Made by a program: the position numbers and the translations under genes. The notes beneath the pieces are model-generated. The model was not told the origin of the DNA and made no database searches. It was given only the letters and a program-made list of their open reading frames with translations. From NCBI RefSeq assembly GCF_000008565.1, contig NC_001263.1, positions 2,162,956 to 2,194,955 on the forward strand: 32,000 nt of DNA. The letters run 5' to 3'. Positions 19,504 to 28,865 of the stretch are shown in pieces. The stretch is from Deinococcus radiodurans R1 = ATCC 13939 = DSM 20539. Its GTDB lineage: Bacteria; Deinococcota; Deinococci; Deinococcales; Deinococcaceae. Numbering within the stretch: the first letter of the stretch is position 1; every line of letters starts with the position of its first letter.

Positions 19504-19578
19504 GCGGCCTACGCGCCAGCGACCGAAAAGTTAAGCAGGGCTGGCCTTTCCGCTTCCTGCTCGGCATAGGGTGAGGCC

Positions 19579-20835
19579 ATGACCAACACCCCTTCTTCCC
19601 CCAATGACGCGTCCTGGAGCTACGACACGGCGGCGGTGCAGAGCGGGATTCCGCGCGGCCTGGGCGAAACCATCGGCTTTCCGATTCACGCGGCGGCGGC
19701 CTTTCAGTTCGACACGCTGGAGCAGGCGCAAGACGAGTTTCAATACAACGGAGGCCTGAGCTACGCCCGCATTCAGAACCCCACCGTGCGGGCGCTGGAG
19801 GAGCGTCTCACGGTGCTCGAAGGCGGCGCGGCGACGGTGGCCCTCGCCAGCGGGCAGGCCGCCAGCCTCACCGCCATTCTGAGCGTGTGCCGGGCCGGGG
19901 ACCACGTGGTGTCGAGTGCCAGCCTGTTTGGCGGCAGCACCGGGATGCTGACCAATATTTTGCCGCTGATGGGCATCACGGCGACGCTGGTGGAGGGCCA
20001 CCCCGAGCAGATTCGCGCTGCTATGCAGGACAATACCCGGCTGGTGTGGGCCGAGATGATTTCCAACCCCTCGGGCGCGGTGGCCGATGTCGAGGCGCTG
20101 GCTGGGGTTGCCCACGAGCGCGGCGCCCTGCTCGCCATCGACAACACCTGCGGCGGCGTGGGGTACCTGTGTCGGCCCCTCGACCACGGCGCCGACATCG
20201 TGAGCCAGTCGCTCACCAAGTGGGCGGGCGGGCACGGCAGCGTCATGGGCGGCAGCGTGACGGTGGGCACGCAGCACGACCTGAGCCGCAACCCGATTTA
20301 TGCGGGCGGCGAAAACAGCCTGCTCGAGCAGCGCGGCGCGGACGCCCTCGCGTGGCGGCAGCGGTGGTTTGGGGCGCATCAGCTCGGCATGACGCTCGCG
20401 CCGCACAGCGCGTTCCTGATCGCGCAGGGCCTGGAAACCCTGGGGCTGCGGCTGCAACGCGAATCCGACTCGGCGCTGGCGCTGGCGCGCTGGCTGGGGC
20501 AGCATCCCCGCGTCGGCGGCGTGAGCTACGCGGGCCTGCCGGGGCACCCGAGCTTCCCACTGGTTCAGAAGTACCTGCCGCGCGGCGCGGGCGCGGTCCT
20601 CACCTTCGAGGTGGACGACCCCTCGCGCTTCCTCTCGCGGTTGCGGGTGCTGCGCATGGCCCCCAACCTCGGCGACGTGCGGACCCTCGTCGTCCACCCC
20701 TGGACCACCACCCACGGGCGGGTGCCCGAGGCGGCCCGGCACGCGGCGGGCGTGACCCCCGGCACCATTCGCATGAGCGTGGGCGTGGAAGACGTGATGG
20801 ACTTGCAGGCCGACATCGAGCAAGCGCTGAATTGA
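19579..20835 (+). CDS. Cys/Met-metabolism PLP-dependent enzyme, O-acetylhomoserine/O-acetylserine sulfhydrylase-like
   Basis: SQSLTKWAGGHG (PLP-Lys region), YARIQNPT, NPSGAVADVEALA and GDVRTLVVHPWTTTH are typical of the MetY/MetC/MetB family. Confidence 0.85.
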   Translation: MTNTPSSPNDASWSYDTAAVQSGIPRGLGETIGFPIHAAAAFQFDTLEQAQDEFQYNGGLSYARIQNPTVRALEERLTVLEGGAATVALASGQAASLTAILSVCRAGDHVVSSASLFGGSTGMLTNILPLMGITATLVEGHPEQIRAAMQDNTRLVWAEMISNPSGAVADVEALAGVAHERGALLAIDNTCGGVGYLCRPLDHGADIVSQSLTKWAGGHGSVMGGSVTVGTQHDLSRNPIYAGGENSLLEQRGADALAWRQRWFGAHQLGMTLAPHSAFLIAQGLETLGLRLQRESDSALALARWLGQHPRVGGVSYAGLPGHPSFPLVQKYLPRGAGAVLTFEVDDPSRFLSRLRVLRMAPNLGDVRTLVVHPWTTTHGRVPEAARHAAGVTPGTIRMSVGVEDVMDLQADIEQALN

Positions 20836-20874
20836 GGCGCGGTGGAATACCCCCGGCTCCGCTAGGCTGAGGCC

Positions 20875-22260
<1,386 letters not shown>

Positions 22261-22263
<3 letters not shown>

Positions 22264-22365
22264 AGCATTTGACATAATAAAGACCCCTCACCCCTGCCTT
22301 TGGCAGGCCCTCTCCCCTTGGTAGAGGGTCAAACAGCGCAAGGCAATTCTTTTGTCAAATCTCTA
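22261..22365. repeat. Repeat family R1, copy D (complete)
   Basis: TAGAGCATTTGACA (22261-22274) and TGTCAAATCTCTA (22353-22365) form extended terminal inverted repeats. The core is nearly identical to copy B. The stop codon of the Cfa-family gene is the first 3 nt. Confidence 0.75.
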
Positions 22366-22425
22366 GGGAACAACGAAAAAAGGGGCCATACCCAGCGGGC
22401 GGCCCCTTTTTCTTGTCTCCTGACT

Positions 22426-23667
22426 TTAAATGACGAACTCGCCCGCCCGCATCACCGGTTCGCGGTTGCCGTCCTTGGTGATGCCGTCCACGTCGATCTG
22501 GTCACTGCCGACCATCCAGTCCACGTGGGTCAGGCTGTCGTTGCCGCCCTTTTGCGCGAACTGCTCGGCGTCCATGTCGATGCCGCCCTTGACGTTGAAG
22601 CGGTAAGCGCTGCCGATGGCGATGTGCGAGGCGGCATTCTCGTCGTACAGGGTGTTGTAGAAAAACAGGCCCGAACGCGAAATGGGGCTGGAGTGCGGCA
22701 CCAGCGCGACTTCGCCGAGGCGGTGGCTGCCCTCATCGGTGTCGATCATCTTGAGCAGCGCGGCCTCGCCTTGCTTGGCGCTCGCGCCCGTGATGCGCCC
22801 GTCCTTGAACTCGATCCGGATGCCGTCGATCAGCGTGCCCGCGTAGGAGAGCGGCTTGGTGCTGACGACCACGCCGTCTACCCGCTCACGGTGCGGGGCG
22901 GTCCAGACTTCCTCGGTGGGGATGTTGGCGGTAAAGGTCACGCCGCTGGGGGTGTCCGCTGCGCCGCCGCCCCAGATGTGGTCGTCGGCGAGGCCCACGG
23001 TGAGGTCGGTGTCGCCGCCCCGGAAGTGCAGGGCGTGGTACTGCTTGCCAGTCAGAATTTCACGGCGGCGCTTGAGGTTGGCGAGGTGCTCTTCCCAGAG
23101 AGCCACCGGGTCGGGCTGATCGGCACGGACGGCGGCGAAGATGGCGTCCCACTGCTGCTCGACGGCCTGCTCGCTGCTCGCCTCGGGGAACATCAGGGTG
23201 GCCCAACCGGGAATCGGGGCACTCACCAGGTTCCAGTTCAGGCGGTTGGTCATGACCTGGAGGGAGTAGGGCTTGCGGTAGGTCGCGTTCGCCCGCTGCC
23301 AGGTCGCCACACGCTCGGGGTCCACCTTCGCCAGCAGGTTGGGGTCGGTGGCGCGAATGGCAATCACGGCGCCGCCCGCATTGGCGGTTTCAAGTTCAGC
23401 GTCCACCCGCCACTGGCTGATTTCCTCAAAGGTGCCGTCAGGCGCGAGCTCGAAACGGGCGAGCTGCACGTCGTCGTCGTCCCAGCGCACGTCCACGAAC
23501 CGTGCCCCCGCTGCATACGCCTCACGCACGATCAGGCGGGCAAGCGGCGCGGCGTCCACTGGCGACTGCACCAGCACGCGCTGACCGGGCTTGACCCCCA
23601 GCCCCACCCGCACGGCGAGGCGGGCATAGTTTTGCAACTTCTGCTCGAAACTCAAATCTGAAGTCAT
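22426..23667 (-). CDS. aminopeptidase, M29 (AmpS/PepS, aminopeptidase T) family
   Basis: [56 protein letters not shown] and HVDWMV fit thermophilic metalloprotease M29. Start at ATG 23667 or ATG 23679. Confidence 0.85.
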   Translation of the reverse strand: MTSDLSFEQKLQNYARLAVRVGLGVKPGQRVLVQSPVDAAPLARLIVREAYAAGARFVDVRWDDDDVQLARFELAPDGTFEEISQWRVDAELETANAGGAVIAIRATDPNLLAKVDPERVATWQRANATYRKPYSLQVMTNRLNWNLVSAPIPGWATLMFPEASSEQAVEQQWDAIFAAVRADQPDPVALWEEHLANLKRRREILTGKQYHALHFRGGDTDLTVGLADDHIWGGGAADTPSGVTFTANIPTEEVWTAPHRERVDGVVVSTKPLSYAGTLIDGIRIEFKDGRITGASAKQGEAALLKMIDTDEGSHRLGEVALVPHSSPISRSGLFFYNTLYDENAASHIAIGSAYRFNVKGGIDMDAEQFAQKGGNDSLTHVDWMVGSDQIDVDGITKDGNREPVMRAGEFVI

Positions 23668-23729
23668 AGGCCGCAGCATACCGGCATAGGCAAGTGCAGG
23701 GCGAAAAATCGCTGCCGGACCCGCGCCCC

Positions 23730-23758
23730 TTGACGCGCCGCGCGAGAACCCCTATGAT
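23730..23758 (+). promoter_or_regulatory. sigma-70-type promoter for tRNA-Pro
   Basis: TTGACG (23730-23735), 17-nt spacer, TATGAT (23753-23758), 18 nt upstream of the tRNA 5' end. Confidence 0.5.
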
Positions 23759-23775
23759 TCTTCCCGCTGGTGTGA

Positions 23776-23855
<80 letters not shown>

Positions 23856-23862
23856 AAGAACT

Positions 23863-23887
23863 CCCTCTCCGTGAGGGGGTTTTTTTT
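23863..23887 (+). terminator. rho-independent terminator after tRNA-Pro
   Basis: CCCTC, TCCGT loop, GAGGG, then GG and a T8 run (23880-23887). Confidence 0.6.
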
Positions 23888-24095
23888 GGCCTCCTCCCGA
23901 TTTGGAGGTGGTCCCTCAACCGGAAAAGTGCTTCTCCCCCGCCCAACTCGGTAAGCAGGCGCACAAAATACCCCCGGGGGGCAGGTCAGAAGGTGGGGCA
24001 GCCGGCAGAAGTGCCCGGCAGGACGCGGAATCGTAAGCAGCGGCGGTGAGCGGGCGCCGCCCCGAAGCGTAGATTGGTCTCCCCGCTTGCCGTTT

Positions 24096-24728
24096 ATGCC
24101 GACTCTTTCGCTGCCCCTCTTTCCCCTGCCGACGGTGCTGTTTCCGGGACAGGCGCTGCCGCTCTACGTCTTCGAAGAGCGGTACCGCGCCCTCTTGCGG
24201 CGCGTGCAGGCGAGTGGCGAGCCGTTCGGCGTGGTGTGGATTGAGCGGGGCCGCGACAGCACCTTGCCGTTGCATGAGCGGCTCTCGCTGGTGGGAACGC
24301 TGGCCCACCTGACCGAGGCGGAAGTCCACGAGGACGGCACGAGTTCGATTCTGGTGGTCGGCGGCGAGCGCTTCCGGCTGCGCGGGATGATGTTCGACGA
24401 GCCTTTCTTGACCGCCGGGGCCGAGCTGTGGCCGCTGCCTGACTCAGACCCGCCGGAGGCCCAGGCTATCAAGCAAAGGGGCGCCGACCTGCTGAGTGGG
24501 ATGCAGCGTTCCTGGCCCGAGCGCGCCGCCGTGCTGCGGCAGGAAGCACCCGCCGAGCCGTTGCTGCTCGCCAGTTACGCCGCCAGCTTGCTGTGTGCCC
24601 TGAGCCTGGACCGCGCCGCGCCCGCCTGCAACGCAGCGCTGGCGGCCCCGACACTGCTCGACCGGCTGGAGCTGCTGCTGGCGGCCCTTCCCGCAGAGGC
24701 GAGCGGCGACGGGGCGGCGTTGCACTGA
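24096..24728 (+). CDS. Lon N-terminal (LON substrate-binding) domain protein
   Basis: LPLFPLPTVLFPGQALPLYVFEERYRALL is the classic start of the LON N-domain. ATG 24096 is preferred over the TTG at 24087. Confidence 0.75.
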   Translation: MPTLSLPLFPLPTVLFPGQALPLYVFEERYRALLRRVQASGEPFGVVWIERGRDSTLPLHERLSLVGTLAHLTEAEVHEDGTSSILVVGGERFRLRGMMFDEPFLTAGAELWPLPDSDPPEAQAIKQRGADLLSGMQRSWPERAAVLRQEAPAEPLLLASYAASLLCALSLDRAAPACNAALAAPTLLDRLELLLAALPAEASGDGAALH

Positions 24729-24825
24729 GCAGGCTCCCGCCCTCGGCTTCGTCATTCCTCGCTTTTTTTCTCACTCGGGTATCCCTTCCCTGTTCAGGGG
24801 GCGGCGCAGCCCTTAGATTTCGGCC

Positions 24826-25938
<1,113 letters not shown>

Positions 25939-25972
25939 GCGCAGGCCAGGACAAGCAGCCGTGAGCGGGCGG

Positions 25973-26005
25973 GGGAGGGCAACCAGGCCTGGCCCCCTCC
26001 CTTTT
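25973..26005 (+). terminator. terminator-like hairpin between convergent genes
   Basis: GGGAGGG (25973-25979) pairs with CCCTCCC (25995-26001). The loop contains the palindrome CCAGGCCTGG. TTTT follows. Confidence 0.45.
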
Positions 26006-26006
26006 G

Positions 26007-26690
26007 TCAGCGCGTCCCGTCCTCCTCCAGCTGCCCGTCGAGCAGGTGCAGCGTCCGGTCGGCGCGCGCCGCCAGCCGTTCGTCGTGGGTCACGAGCAGC
26101 ACCCCGGCGCCGTCCTCGCGGGCCAGGGTCAGCAGCAACTCGGCCACCCGCTCGGCCCCGGCGCGGTCGAGGCTGCCGGTGGGTTCGTCGGCGAGCACGG
26201 CGGCGGGGCGCACCGCCAGGGCGCGGGCCAGAGCGACGCGCTGCCGTTCGCCGCCGCTGAGGACGCCGGGAAAGTCGCCGCCGCGCGGTCCCAGACCCAC
26301 CCGGTCGAGGAGCAGCTGGGCGCGGCCCTCGTCCGGCACGCCCGCGAGCATCCCTGGCACCTGCACGTTTTGCAGCAGCGTCAGATCTTCGAGCAGGTAG
26401 TGGTGCTGAAACACCAGCCCCAGCCGCCCGGCGCGGCGCTGCGAGCGGGTCTGGGTGCCGAGGGTGTCCACCCGCTCGCCCGCCCACCACACTTCGCCCT
26501 CGGTGGGCGCGTCGAGACCGCCGAGCAGGTGCAGCAGGGTGCTTTTGCCGCTGCCCGAGGGGCCGCTGACGGCCACCACTTCGCCCGGCGCGACGGCCAG
26601 CGACACGCCGTGCAGGATGGTGGCGGCGCCGTAGCGCTGCACGACGTGCCGGGCTTCGAGGGCCGGGGGAGCGGAAGTCACGCGGGGCAT
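26007..26690 (-). CDS. ABC transporter ATP-binding protein (LolD/MacB/FtsE-like), no adjacent permease
   Basis: Walker A GPSGSGKST, signature LSGGERQRVALARAL and Walker B LLADEPTGSLD. Start at ATG 26688-26690 (MPRVTSAPP). Confidence 0.85.
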   Translation of the reverse strand: MPRVTSAPPALEARHVVQRYGAATILHGVSLAVAPGEVVAVSGPSGSGKSTLLHLLGGLDAPTEGEVWWAGERVDTLGTQTRSQRRAGRLGLVFQHHYLLEDLTLLQNVQVPGMLAGVPDEGRAQLLLDRVGLGPRGGDFPGVLSGGERQRVALARALAVRPAAVLADEPTGSLDRAGAERVAELLLTLAREDGAGVLLVTHDERLAARADRTLHLLDGQLEEDGTR

Positions 26691-26752
26691 TGTAAGCGCA
26701 GAGCGTCTGCCAGGAACACGAGAACAAAGGCTGCCCACTAGAATCAGGTGTT

Positions 26753-27112
26753 ATGGCGACCCTGGAAATCGATTGCCCCATCTGCGGCGAAGTTCTCGAA
26801 CTCACCGAGCAGGACCGCGCCGAGCTGCAAGTCGGCGACGTGCTCGTGTGCGACTCGTGCAACGCCGAAATGGAAGTGACCCGCAACGGCGGCGGCGAAG
26901 ACTTCGAACTCGAACTGCTCGGCATCCTGACGGTGTGCCCGGCGTGCAGCGAGGAATTCGAGGTCACCGAAGACATGCTGCTCACCGCCCCCGTCATCGA
27001 GAGCGTGGACGGCGTGAGCGTGAGCCTCGTGGACTGCCCGCACTGCCACGCCCGCATCGAACTCGAACTGACCGACGAGACGCCGCCCGACGAGGAACAA
27101 CCGCGCCGCTGA
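26753..27112 (+). CDS. LysW-like double zinc-ribbon protein lacking the EDWGE tail
   Basis: The first ~45 aa MATLEIDCPICGEVLELT...GDVLVCDSCNAEMEV align with the downstream LysW peptide but retain CxxC...CxxC. A second ribbon has CPAC...CPHC. The acidic tail ends DETPPDEEQPRR. Confidence 0.65.
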   Translation: MATLEIDCPICGEVLELTEQDRAELQVGDVLVCDSCNAEMEVTRNGGGEDFELELLGILTVCPACSEEFEVTEDMLLTAPVIESVDGVSVSLVDCPHCHARIELELTDETPPDEEQPRR

Positions 27113-27176
27113 GTGTCTAGTCAATTGCAAATGTAAAAATTGAAAGCAGTTAGCCTATCAAACGCAAGGAGTGATT

Positions 27177-27350
27177 ATGGCGACTGTTCAATTTGAAAAT
27201 CCCGAAACCGGCGCGACCATCGAACTGACCAACCCCGAACTGGGCGAACTGGTGATCGACGACGAAACCGGTGTGGAATACGAGGTCGTGTCCATCGACC
27301 CGCCCCGCCTCGAAGCCGCCCCGCAGGAAGCGGAGGACTGGGGGGAGTAA
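27177..27350 (+). CDS. lysW: alpha-aminoadipate/amino-group carrier protein LysW (57 aa, no Cys)
   Basis: Hand-translated; the ORF is below the track's length cut-off. ATG 27177 with SD AAGGAG 27166-27171. MATVQFENPETGATIELTNPELGELVIDDETGVEYEVVSIDPPRLEAAPQEAEDWGE, then TAA 27348-27350. C-terminal EDWGE and an adjacent lysX. Confidence 0.8.
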   Translation: MATVQFENPETGATIELTNPELGELVIDDETGVEYEVVSIDPPRLEAAPQEAEDWGE

Positions 27351-27356
27351 GGTCGG

Positions 27357-27418
27357 AGGGTCTAGAGTCCGAGGGTCTAAGTGCTCCGTCCGCTTAGACC
27401 CTCAGACCTTTAGACCCT
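27357..27418. repeat. nested inverted repeat in the lysW-lysX spacer
   Basis: Inner stem GAGGGTCTAAG (27371-27381) / CTTAGACCCTC (27393-27403). Outer stem AGGGTCTA (27357-27364) / TAGACCCT (27411-27418). Confidence 0.55.
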
Positions 27419-27439
27419 TTGACCTGCCCCCAGGCAGCT

Positions 27440-28306
27440 ATGGCCGACCTCGCTGTTCTCTATGACCGCGTCCGCCCCGACGAAAAGATGCTGTTCGGGG
27501 CGCTCGACGAGCTGGGCGTGCCCTACGACAAGGTGTACACGCCGCAGCTCACCGTGACTTTCGACGATGAGGGCCGCGCCCGCGTGCCGTGGAAAGTCGC
27601 TATCGAGCGCTGCGTGAGCCAGAGCCGGGGCCACGCCGTGACCCGTGCGCTGGAAGGCTTTGGCGTCAAGGTCATTAACCCCTCGCACGTCATCGAGCTG
27701 TGCGGCGACAAGCTGGCGACCAATGCGCGCCTCGCCGCCGCTGGGCTGCCCACCCCGCGCACCGGGGTCGCCTTCGACGGCGAGAGTGCCCTGGGCCTCA
27801 TCGAGGAAATGGGCTACCCGGTGGTGCTCAAGCCCACCGTCGGCTCGTGGGGCCGCATGGTCAGCCGCCTGAACGACCGCGACGCCGCCGAAGCCGTCAT
27901 CGAGCACAAGGAAGTGCTCGGCGGGCCGCAACACGGCGTGTTTTACGTGCAGGAACTCATCAACAAGCCGGGGCGCGACATCCGGGCGTTCGTGGTCGGC
28001 GGGCAGGGCATCGGCGCGATTTACCGCACCAGCGAGCACTGGATCACCAACACGGCGCGCGGGGCCAAGGCGAGCAACTGCGAAGTGACCCCCGCCATCG
28101 CCGACCTCGCGCAGCGGGCCGCCGCCGCCGTGGACGGGCAAATCGTGGCGATTGACCTGGTGGAAGACCCGGCGCGCCAGAACGACTGGGACGGCCTGGT
28201 GATTATCGAAATCAACCACACGATGGAGTTCAAGAACTCGGTGAGCACCACGGGCGTGAACATCCCGCGCCTGATGGGCGAGTACGCGGTCAGTCTGCTG
28301 GGCTGA
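27440..28306 (+). CDS. lysX: LysX, RimK-family ATP-grasp ligase (alpha-aminoadipate--LysW ligase)
   Basis: [18 protein letters not shown]..., [43 protein letters not shown] and AIDLVE...[10 protein letters not shown] fit the RimK/LysX ATP-grasp pattern. It directly follows lysW. Confidence 0.85.
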   Translation: MADLAVLYDRVRPDEKMLFGALDELGVPYDKVYTPQLTVTFDDEGRARVPWKVAIERCVSQSRGHAVTRALEGFGVKVINPSHVIELCGDKLATNARLAAAGLPTPRTGVAFDGESALGLIEEMGYPVVLKPTVGSWGRMVSRLNDRDAAEAVIEHKEVLGGPQHGVFYVQELINKPGRDIRAFVVGGQGIGAIYRTSEHWITNTARGAKASNCEVTPAIADLAQRAAAAVDGQIVAIDLVEDPARQNDWDGLVIIEINHTMEFKNSVSTTGVNIPRLMGEYAVSLLG

Positions 28307-28313
28307 TGGGCTG

Positions 28314-28448
28314 ATACGGTTTCAAATTGAGTCCCGGACATGTCCGGGCGCAATTTTGCGCGGAGCCCATGGAAAAAATACGGTTTTAAGGAGATGGACG
28401 GGCATCCGGCGCCTTTCCGGATGTTCGGGAATCGGATTAAAACCGTAT
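28314..28448. repeat. Repeat family R2, copy G (MITE-like, with terminal inverted repeats)
   Basis: ATACGGTTT (28314-22) and AAACCGTAT (28440-48) are perfect 9-bp TIRs, with a third ATACGGTTT internally (28378-86). The hairpin AATTG..CCCGGA-CATG-TCCGGG..CAATT resembles the hairpins of copies E and F. The distal half aligns with 9905-9960. Confidence 0.6.
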
Positions 28449-28557
28449 GAGAGAAAAAGTAACGGAGGCGGGGGCAAAGGCTTCTGCCTTTTTCGTTGGC
28501 CGGGTTCACAATGGGCCATGTCTGCGCCCGACTGGTCGTGCGGATCTGAGCGAAACC

Positions 28558-28802
28558 GACCTGCGCCCGCACGACCCGGAGCACGGCTGGCTGCACGCGC
28601 TGGCCCACGGCGCCGACGCCGCCCTCTGTTTTGCGCTGCGCTGCATCCTGCCCTTACCCGCGACGACGACCGCCCCGCGCCTGACGCCGACCCCCGGGCA
28701 GCCGCGCCCGGCGGCCAGGTCATCCCGGCCCCGGCGCGGGAGGGGTGGCCGGCTGAGCTGCTTACAGTGCTGCGGCTGGCGTTTCCGGCCTCCCCGGAGT
28801 GA
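28558..28802 (+). pseudogene. possible frameshifted C-terminal gene remnant
   Basis: One frame reads DLRPHDPEHGWLHALAHGADAA. A neighbouring frame continues plausibly: LFCAALHPALT...EGWPAELLTVLRLAFPASPE, then stop at 28800-28802. No intact ORF with a credible start; the upstream part is occupied by repeat G. Confidence 0.25.
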
Positions 28803-28865
28803 CCCCGGCGCGGCGCCAAGTCCCTTCACGCACCCTGTGAGAGCCTCGTGTAAGCTGCCCGGCAT

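Noticed and set aside
18989-19600. Integrated mobile element or prophage remnant at tRNA-Arg
   Set aside because: No integrase or recombinase ORF is present, and no direct repeat of the tRNA 3' end is visible downstream. Only a single atypical small gene is present, and it is reported as a low-interest finding.
27113-27176. Lysine riboswitch (L-box) or special element in the AT-rich spacer upstream of lysW (TCAATTGCAAATGTAAAAATTGA)
   Set aside because: The 64-nt spacer is far too short for an L-box. It most likely holds only a promoter or SD region. The TCAATT/AATTGA inverted repeat is short and AT-rich.
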